In this document: one piece after another, positions 32,262-39,349 of the stretch
Layout: the number at the start of each line of letters is the position of its first letter
Position numbering within the stretch: the first letter of the stretch is position 1
Origin: an uncultured Bacteroidales bacterium
Lineage (GTDB): Bacteria > Bacteroidota > Bacteroidia > Bacteroidales > UBA932
Assembly (NCBI GenBank): GCA_946187865.1
Contig: CAMHST010000003.1
Span: 9,458-73,457 of the forward strand
Length of the DNA: 64,000 bases
Direction: 5' to 3'
Position numbers and translations under genes: made by a program
The notes under the pieces: model-generated
The model's input: the letters and a program-made list of their open reading frames with translations, nothing else
Database searches by the model: none
What the model was told of the DNA's origin: nothing

Positions 32262-32654
32262 CTATGACTCCCGACGCTTCCGCTTCTCCCGGCGCTGGGC
32301 ACGGTTCTTCTTTTCGCTTTCAAGCACTTCCACAGCGGCATCGGTAGCATCGGCATCCCAGACTTTTCCGCTGGAAATGATGTCGGCCCAGGGGCAGAGT
32401 GTCTTGTAATCATCGTCCAGGATAACCGTATAAGGCGGGCCGCAGCGGTCGTTGACGTCCATGTACAGGTGGCGGCCGTCGCTGATCAGGCACTGGCACT
32501 GGAAGTTGTCCAGGTCCTTGGAGCCCAGCCGATCGAAGATTTCCGCCGTGATTTCCCAAAGGTTATAGAGTCCCGGTCCACCGGTTTCGGCGGTGTATCG
32601 GCCTGTCTTTTCATCATAGCAGGCTTTCCAGCCTAACCCTTTCTTGAACTGCAT
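32262..32654 (-). CDS. Hypothetical protein
   Basis: 130-aa ORF with normal codon usage, co-oriented directly after the acyltransferase. Confidence 0.65.
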   Translation of the reverse strand: MQFKKGLGWKACYDEKTGRYTAETGGPGLYNLWEITAEIFDRLGSKDLDNFQCQCLISDGRHLYMDVNDRCGPPYTVILDDDYKTLCPWADIISSGKVWDADATDAAVEVLESEKKNRAQRREKRKRRES

Positions 32655-32689
32655 GGCACAAAAAGCTTACTCCTGCAAAAATAAGCATT

Positions 32690-33754
32690 TTACCCGACAA
32701 TATACTTTCCGAAAGGAAGTTTCCCGATCAGGAAGGAGAGGCCGAAGCTGAGGGCATAGGTGAGAAGCGCCGTACCTACGATGGCCAGCGGGACCGACAG
32801 AAAGCCGCTGAGCAGCCGGTAAATAGCCGGCAGCATAAGCATATGCATCAGATACATCCCGTAACTGGCCCCGGAGATTTTCCGGACAAGGCCATAACAT
32901 TTTCCGGGCGTTTGGATGCACTTGAAAAGGAGGAAGACACAGGCGCTCATCAGGCCGGCGACAATGGTGTCGTTCTGCCAATGCATCTCCAGCTCGGCCG
33001 GGGTGTCCACCAGGAAGCTCCGGTGGTGGAACTGCCAGAGCCCGAACGCATAACAGGCCACGAGCACCGGAAGGCAGATCAGGAACGTTTTCCGGGCCGA
33101 CCACCGGACGTGCTCCTTGATAAAATGCCCCAGGACGATATAGCCTACATAACCCGAGACATAGTAGAAGAAGGGATAAGGGTTCCACCAGCACTCGCCG
33201 AACACCGGGCCGAAAACTTGCCGCAGCAGATACAGGCAGAGCGTCACGCCCCACAGTCCCAGGAAAAAACCCTCTTCCCTTTTGCTTGCCTTGGACAGCC
33301 AGGGGGAGATGACCGGCATAATCAGGTACAGCCCCAGCATCATGTACACAAACCACAGGTGCGACTCCCGCGGGATGAAGTTGATGCCGGCCTGCTTCAC
33401 GTTGGCCCAGGCCTCGGCCCAGGAGAATTCGCCCCAAAGTGCCGGCAGGAACGCATACAGGAACAAAAAGACCACGAAGGGGATGGCCACCCGCCCGAAA
33501 CGTTTTTTCAGGAACTCACCGGTGCTCTTTTTCACCGGGACCAGCAGATAGGCCGATGCCATGAGAAACAGCGGAACGGCGATGGGACGGACAAATCCCT
33601 GGATGAACCCTACGCTCCAGCGGGCAAGGTCGGACGGGAATGAGAAGGAATAATCGTCGGAATAAACACATTCACAGGCGTGTACCAGCATCACCATCAG
33701 GCAGGCGGCCGCCCTGAGCCAGTCCAAAAACACAATCCGCTTTTTTTCTTCCAT
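32690..33754 (-). CDS. Acyltransferase-3 (O-acetyltransferase) membrane protein
   Basis: RIVFLDWLR, VMLVH, AVPLFLM.S, HLWFVY, SYGMYLMH; about 10 TM segments. Confidence 0.93.
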   Translation of the reverse strand: MEEKKRIVFLDWLRAAACLMVMLVHACECVYSDDYSFSFPSDLARWSVGFIQGFVRPIAVPLFLMASAYLLVPVKKSTGEFLKKRFGRVAIPFVVFLFLYAFLPALWGEFSWAEAWANVKQAGINFIPRESHLWFVYMMLGLYLIMPVISPWLSKASKREEGFFLGLWGVTLCLYLLRQVFGPVFGECWWNPYPFFYYVSGYVGYIVLGHFIKEHVRWSARKTFLICLPVLVACYAFGLWQFHHRSFLVDTPAELEMHWQNDTIVAGLMSACVFLLFKCIQTPGKCYGLVRKISGASYGMYLMHMLMLPAIYRLLSGFLSVPLAIVGTALLTYALSFGLSFLIGKLPFGKYIVG

Positions 33755-33852
33755 AGTTCAGTCTTCTTGATTTCGAGGTACAAAAATAAGAAAAATTCAC
33801 AGTATTATCGTACATTTATCTGATACCAATCGGAATATGGCAAACGCAAAGC

Positions 33853-34010
33853 TATGTTGCGGCACGTGCCTTTTTTCGGCCTGTTTTTACACCTTTGGGC
33901 TCCGGCACAGGGCATTACACGAAAAGGGCCGAAAACGTGTAACCAGGTGACCCTCCGGTAAGGGGCATTACACGAAAAAGGCCGAAAACGTGTAGTGCGG
34001 TGCACCCCCG
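33853..34010. repeat. 53-bp-period hairpin repeat array, copy 3
   Basis: TATGTTGCGGCACGTGCC lead-in as at 27899; TTACACG-N14-CGTGTA units at 33915 and 33968. Confidence 0.85.
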
Positions 34011-34016
34011 CCAGGT

Positions 34017-34547
34017 CTATTTCTTTTTCCTTTCCGGACGAAAGTTTGACACCAGAAATTTCCCAAGGGCTTCGCCCGTATGGGTGGCACCATCTCCAAT
34101 CAGGTTCAGCGTTGTTCCAAACACGCCACCTTTGGCCCGGATGCCCTTGATCGTGGCAGCAGTGTTTCCGTCCGAATCCAATATCCGGACGTCGCAGTCC
34201 ATGTCTCCTTTCTGGGATACGGTAAGGACCGTGACCCGGATAAGAGCTTCCCTGACTTCTGCTTTGTAACTGCCCACATAAAACAGCCCGTCCAGCTTAT
34301 CATTGCATCCTTCCGAGAATTTGGACACGATGGCGGGTTTATCTGTCTGCCAGTCCTCCTCATAAGCGGCATATTCCTGCTCGCTCATACCCAAGATAAC
34401 GGCAGAGGAAAAATCCACTTCCAGGCCGACACGCTGCACTTCCTTGAGCACATCAAGCGATCCTTCAATTTTCTGCGCAAAAAGCGGAAAGCTCATGGAA
34501 GCCATTAATACAATGGCGAAAACTATTTTCAGACAATTCTTTTTCAT
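34017..34547 (-). CDS. Secreted hypothetical protein
   Basis: Signal peptide ending FAQ, GGVFGT..NLIGDG...G..LG C-terminus. Confidence 0.7.
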   Translation of the reverse strand: MKKNCLKIVFAIVLMASMSFPLFAQKIEGSLDVLKEVQRVGLEVDFSSAVILGMSEQEYAAYEEDWQTDKPAIVSKFSEGCNDKLDGLFYVGSYKAEVREALIRVTVLTVSQKGDMDCDVRILDSDGNTAATIKGIRAKGGVFGTTLNLIGDGATHTGEALGKFLVSNFRPERKKK

Positions 34548-34553
34548 GGTTAT

Positions 34554-35147
34554 CTAATCCATTCTTTTAAAAGTATAGTGCAAACAATTGTGATCCATTG
34601 TTTGCTCCTCTCCAGATCCGGAAGGGAGAGAACATATCATAGTTAAAACAACCTTGTCTTCCTCCTGGTCGTATATTCCTAATTCAGTTTTTTCAATCCG
34701 GGACAAGAACTCATCGTCCTTATCTGCGCGGATGGGGAAGATTCTATGATGCTGGTTTTCTTCCATATAGATTGTCTGCTTGAATGTCTTGACTTCGGTA
34801 TAATGGAAAACACCCTCTTCGTCGGCCTTAAAACTAGGATATGGAACAGAAAAATTAAACGCATACTGGGGCTTGGATCTTAATATACTGGCATCTGTCA
34901 CATGCAAGAAGTAATCGGGCTCGTAATAGCCTCCCAGTTTCTCAAATTCTATACTCAGCTCCCAATACGACAGACCATCTTCATTCAAATCTTTAGCTAG
35001 CCCACTCCAATGGACACTGACCAGTTTATAGTCGGCTGCCATAGGCTTTTCCATAATCTCATCTTCGGGCATTATCTTTTTTTCACACCCGAATACCAAC
35101 ATAATAAGTGGTAAGAACATTAACCTTAAAATAACTCTTTGCTTCAT
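34554..35147 (-). CDS. Hypothetical lipoprotein (low GC)
   Basis: VFGC-EK lipobox, DLNEDG motif. Confidence 0.7.
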   Translation of the reverse strand: MKQRVILRLMFLPLIMLVFGCEKKIMPEDEIMEKPMAADYKLVSVHWSGLAKDLNEDGLSYWELSIEFEKLGGYYEPDYFLHVTDASILRSKPQYAFNFSVPYPSFKADEEGVFHYTEVKTFKQTIYMEENQHHRIFPIRADKDDEFLSRIEKTELGIYDQEEDKVVLTMICSLPSGSGEEQTMDHNCLHYTFKRMD

Positions 35148-35160
35148 CTTTATTCTGTAT

Positions 35161-35199
35161 TAAGCCTCAAAGATGCCGTTTCAAGCATCTCTGAGGCTG
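35161..35199 (-). terminator. Putative terminator
   Basis: AGCCTCAAAGATGC-N8-GCATCTCTGAGGCT. Confidence 0.6.
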
Positions 35200-35224
35200 T
35201 TAAACCTTCTTAAATGTATATCAG

Positions 35225-36847
35225 CTAATAAATCAGGACAGGACGCGACACGACATCAACTGAACCGGTACTATAAATAAAGAAACGTGCATCGCTACCA
35301 TTAATGGATGTAATGAAAGGATTCTTATAATCTATTTCAATAGATCCCAGTTTATCTGATGCTTCAGTAGATGAGTAAGTGACTTTGCTAAAGACACTGC
35401 GTTTAGAAGTCTCTCCATATTCATGCCCTAATTTAAGACCCAATTGTACCTCCTCAATCTGGCCGGAGACATTAATATCTGAGGATACTTTAAAATTAGT
35501 CGCAAATTCCATATTATAGTTTATTTCTCTATTTTCTGTTTGACTACTGTTGTCATACTCCTCAAATTCAATGAATACTTTTGAAGGAATATCTCTTAAA
35601 TCCCAGCAGAACAAATCCCAATTAACAGGTATCCATTTAGATGTCAGATACTCTTGTTTCGTGAAATAACTCCGCCACATTGTTGCTCCTAACCAGTTCT
35701 CTTCACGCACCTGCTCCACCATATCAACATGAAAAGCTTGATTAAATGGAATTGATATAGTCTTGACAACATCATAGGGGCCATAAATAATATGAGCTCT
35801 CAACGTAATAGTTCCAAGTCCCCACGCCATGTTCATCATCTGCTCCGTTGTGAGCCAAGTCCTATTGATATTGACACCAGGGGTCGCTGTGGGGTTAATT
35901 TCATAATTGACAAAGGAATAATCACCAGACTCATCAAGCGTTGTCGGATTATAGAAAAAACCCTCTGTATATACATTTAATCTTATCTTCGTGATTCTCT
36001 CTCTATAGTGAAAATCCACCCATCCCGAATCTACTGCGGCCGTCATATTGTAGTACACATAGTCTCGCTGGCACATTCTATAATTCTTATTGGCTTCATT
36101 ATAAGCATTTGCTACCCGCCCTGCCAATGCACTCAAATTCTCGGAGTCAGTCCCAGTGTATTTGTCTAAATCATAGTATTCATGGACAACGCCATGGCCT
36201 TTTGTTTCTGTTAACCCATTGAATGCCTCATCCGCAAAATCATACTCTAGTTGAGAAGCTTTTGTCTTACCGTCACGAACTACCATTTTTTCGTTATCTT
36301 TTACGATCAGAATCGGAGTCGTCAAGAAGTTTCCGTTATTCAATTCTTCCACAAACTCTCCATTTTTAAAAAGGCGCCGTTTATCACTTTTATCGTAGTA
36401 ACTGGTTACAATTTCGGGTTGATTTGTATCCCAATTATTAACATTAAAGGCATTATCACTTATCCAACTCCAGTCCGGAATAAAAATAGTCAGACGCTTT
36501 ACTTGATTCTCTATCGCGTTGATTGTGCGTTCATCGGAATATTTCACGAGAAGGCTTCTAAAGCTTTCTTGATGAGCAATAGTTTTGGATCGGGCCCAAG
36601 GATAGAAAACATCATAATCCGTATCGTATTTCTTTAGGGCTTCTTCTTTCAAAAACGCACGTAATTCCGGCTCATTAACTGCAGCCACAGACAAAACACG
36701 CGCAAACTCTTCCATAGCCACCGCTTCATTTTCAATGTCAACTTTAGGGGTGGTGCTAATTTCTTCTGTTTCCACCTTCTGGCAACTTGCCATTAAAATC
36801 ACTGCACCAAGTACAGAAAGAAATAGTCGAAGTATTTTAGTATTCAT
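35225..36847 (-). CDS. Surface lipoprotein (DUF3103-like N-terminus, beta-rich C-terminus)
   Basis: MASC-QK lipobox, FARVLS.A..EPELRAFLKEEALKKYDTDYDVFY, TKA/TKG motifs, Ser/Thr-rich alternating segment near the C-terminus. Confidence 0.7.
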   Translation of the reverse strand: MNTKILRLFLSVLGAVILMASCQKVETEEISTTPKVDIENEAVAMEEFARVLSVAAVNEPELRAFLKEEALKKYDTDYDVFYPWARSKTIAHQESFRSLLVKYSDERTINAIENQVKRLTIFIPDWSWISDNAFNVNNWDTNQPEIVTSYYDKSDKRRLFKNGEFVEELNNGNFLTTPILIVKDNEKMVVRDGKTKASQLEYDFADEAFNGLTETKGHGVVHEYYDLDKYTGTDSENLSALAGRVANAYNEANKNYRMCQRDYVYYNMTAAVDSGWVDFHYRERITKIRLNVYTEGFFYNPTTLDESGDYSFVNYEINPTATPGVNINRTWLTTEQMMNMAWGLGTITLRAHIIYGPYDVVKTISIPFNQAFHVDMVEQVREENWLGATMWRSYFTKQEYLTSKWIPVNWDLFCWDLRDIPSKVFIEFEEYDNSSQTENREINYNMEFATNFKVSSDINVSGQIEEVQLGLKLGHEYGETSKRSVFSKVTYSSTEASDKLGSIEIDYKNPFITSINGSDARFFIYSTGSVDVVSRPVLIY

Positions 36848-36897
36848 AGTTTTTCGGCGCAAAATTAAATATAAAAAAGAATATAACAAAATTTGAA

Positions 36898-37293
36898 TTA
36901 TAAGACAAATTGACCACTATAAGAGCTTCCATTATCTAAAGTGAAAGCAATCTGCCAAAGGCCGGATTGCCAAGGAATGGAATAGGAGAAAATATCCCCC
37001 TGGAACAGGGTTGTTGATTGAGAAGAATAGGTGTCACCCGATAAGGTATTTACAACACAGAAATGTACGGAGCCACAGTCCGTGTTGGCAACAAGGATTA
37101 GTTCCCCCGTTGATGTGTCGGCATATGCCGAAAAGGGCACGAGCGCGGGGACCCTTGGGCGAGTAATGACTGTGGGGACCTCATCATTATAGATGGGTAT
37201 TTCATAAGAATCCTCCTTTGCATGAAGGTTTAAGCAGATACTCGCAGAAATGAAGGCGAGAATAATGTAATAACTTCGTGTTTTATTGATCAT
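36898..37293 (-). CDS. DUF3244-like small secreted protein
   Basis: Signal peptide, RPRVP, Ig-like strands ending SG.W.I.FT.DNG..Y.G.F.L. Confidence 0.75.
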   Translation of the reverse strand: MINKTRSYYIILAFISASICLNLHAKEDSYEIPIYNDEVPTVITRPRVPALVPFSAYADTSTGELILVANTDCGSVHFCVVNTLSGDTYSSQSTTLFQGDIFSYSIPWQSGLWQIAFTLDNGSSYSGQFVL

Positions 37294-37316
37294 AACTTGT
37301 TGAATTAAAAACGCTG

Positions 37317-37417
37317 CAAAGTTATGAAGCTTTCTCGTCACGGACTATTTCCAGCTATTACATTTTAATAATTATCTGATTGAATATTAAGATGTTGTAA
37401 AATAATAGTATTACATC
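37317..37417 (-). promoter_or_regulatory. Promoter and putative operator of cassette 2
   Basis: -7 TAACTTTG (37317-24), TTACA at 37358 and 37411, TGAATATTAAG at 37381. Confidence 0.6.
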
Positions 37418-37431
37418 GTAAAGATATAGAC

Positions 37432-39114
37432 TCACGAAAGCCACTGAGCAAACATTTTACTGTCGGGATCGTCCCTTTTTTGGAACCACTGCTTGTACCG
37501 GGTCTTTCTTGTCCGGACAGAAGAATCAGTCATGTTCATCAGGAAGCTGATACTTTTGATCGGGAATCCTGCGAATAGCAGCGTGAGCAGATTGTAGTCA
37601 ATTTCTTTCAAGGCATGGTCCCCTAAAGTAGTATTACTCCTAAGCCTTTCCATGATGCCGTTGTTGGAATCGTCCAGCGCTTTTTCTATATCCGCGATAA
37701 AATGCGTATCTGTCCTTAGTTGCTGAATCTGATGACGGAACTGTGATATAGCTTCTTCTTTCAGTATTTTTCCTTCCTTTTTCTCCCTGCTTGCAACGCC
37801 GTCATCCGACCATTGGAAATAGGTGTCGGACAACTGCTGCATGACATTGATCTTGTCTTGCATCAATGACTGGACAACGGTGCTTAACCCTTTATTACGT
37901 TCCTGAAGTGTGGACAAGTCTGTTTTGATATCATCTATAATAGACATATCCCTTATCAATTGATTGTTTTTCTTTTGGATAAGATGAACAGTTACAATTG
38001 TAAGAGTAACAAGAAGGGAAACAATCAACAAGATAATATATAGCCTGGTGTTTGCTTTTTCTTTCGCCAATTGAAACTTATCTTCATAGTATGATTGGAA
38101 GGAATGGGTCACAGATTGGTTCAATAAAGTAATGACGGCTTTATCCTGCAGCGTCGTGGCTTTAATCATTGCTTGATAAGCTTCTTTATAGTTGCCACGA
38201 AAAAATAAAACATTATGCAATGCATTAAAATATGTAGCACTATCAATCTGTGTCCTAATACCCTCATTAATCAAGAATAGCAGGCTGTCAGCCTTGGCAT
38301 GATGACCTTGCCTTTCTTCTATTACAGCGAGTTCACCGACCATTCCAAAGGGAAGAGAATATCCATATTTTTGCGCGTGAGCAAAAGCTATTCCGGCCTC
38401 TTCATATTGTTCCGTCTTAAAATATAAAGATCCTTTTTGACAAAGAACGTAGTAAGCGAACCCTTGTGTCTCCATATCGCGTGAAGATAACAAAGAGTCT
38501 ATTATAGAATTCGCTTGTTTGTAATCATCCAAGTGCCTATACTGCCTGGCCGCATCAATCATGGAGAACCGGGCCGAAACTATTTCTTTGGCATCGTAGA
38601 AAGCTGACGCGGACGACAGCGCATACTTCAGCGCTTCGTTATGGTCATAATTCCGGGCAAAAATTCCGCTCAAATGCTGGCAGGCAAGCCCCAGGAAGTG
38701 ATTGTCCTGCAACTGTTCTGCCAATGTTTCGGCTTCCTTGAAATGGATGGCGGCATCTATCAGGTTTCCTCCGTTCTCTTCTATCACACCAAGATAGTAT
38801 GTGGATTTCATCCGGGCAGACTTATTCCCGTGATTCTGATAATATTCATAGGCCGCCCTGGAGAGGGAATCGTCCGCCACATCTATGTAGTTCTTGTCCA
38901 GCGCTATGGTTTTCAACAGCGCATACCGCGCCTTCGTGCGGGCAGTGCGCAATTGCTCTGACTGAATCTGTTCAAGCAGGTGAAGGGAACTGTCCGGATG
39001 CTCTGTCATCAATGCTTCTGCCCGGTCCATGACAATGGTACTGCGGTGATCGCAACCCGTTGAAAGCAGGAAGGCTGAAACAAGATATAAGAGGAAAATC
39101 GGCTTATTATTCAT
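37432..39114 (-). CDS. TPR-TM-HTH (LuxR-like) one-component regulator 2
   Basis: STGC lipobox, HPDSSL..L, ARYALL..ALDKNYIDVADDSL, TM segment, LLFAGFP..SISFLM.MT..SVRTRKTRYK. Confidence 0.85.
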   Translation of the reverse strand: MNNKPIFLLYLVSAFLLSTGCDHRSTIVMDRAEALMTEHPDSSLHLLEQIQSEQLRTARTKARYALLKTIALDKNYIDVADDSLSRAAYEYYQNHGNKSARMKSTYYLGVIEENGGNLIDAAIHFKEAETLAEQLQDNHFLGLACQHLSGIFARNYDHNEALKYALSSASAFYDAKEIVSARFSMIDAARQYRHLDDYKQANSIIDSLLSSRDMETQGFAYYVLCQKGSLYFKTEQYEEAGIAFAHAQKYGYSLPFGMVGELAVIEERQGHHAKADSLLFLINEGIRTQIDSATYFNALHNVLFFRGNYKEAYQAMIKATTLQDKAVITLLNQSVTHSFQSYYEDKFQLAKEKANTRLYIILLIVSLLVTLTIVTVHLIQKKNNQLIRDMSIIDDIKTDLSTLQERNKGLSTVVQSLMQDKINVMQQLSDTYFQWSDDGVASREKKEGKILKEEAISQFRHQIQQLRTDTHFIADIEKALDDSNNGIMERLRSNTTLGDHALKEIDYNLLTLLFAGFPIKSISFLMNMTDSSVRTRKTRYKQWFQKRDDPDSKMFAQWLS

Positions 39115-39174
39115 AGCTTCATTCATGGTGCGCAAAGATAGGAATAATCTGCAAGATAAAATAACGATACCGAT

Positions 39175-39283
39175 GCGTGAACGCAAGTACTTGATTATCA
39201 CGGTCTAGCACGTTTATCTTCAGGCCAGACAGCCTGAAGGTTTTTGCATAAAACACTGCACAACAACCACTTACGTTCACGCG
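39175..39283. repeat. About 110-bp inverted-repeat element
   Basis: GCGTGAACGCAAGT / ACTTACGTTCACGC arms with inner CTTCAGGC/GCCTGAAG hairpin. Confidence 0.65.
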
Positions 39284-39293
39284 CACAGGGCAG

Positions 39294-39329
39294 AAAAAAA
39301 GGGAGGCTGACCAGACGGCCAGCCTCCCC
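39294..39329 (-). terminator. secDF terminator
   Basis: GGGAGGCTG-loop-CAGCCTCCC with an A7 tract on the + strand. Confidence 0.8.
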
Positions 39330-39349
39330 ATTAACATTCTGAAGACGAA

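Noticed and set aside
27899-34010. 53-bp repeat arrays as CRISPR
   Set aside because: Only 2-3 units each, inter-hairpin segments are similar rather than unique spacers, and no cas genes are present.
21440-39300. Prophage or ICE integrated at tRNA-Ser
   Set aside because: No integrase, relaxase or phage genes, and no duplicated tRNA 3' end was found.
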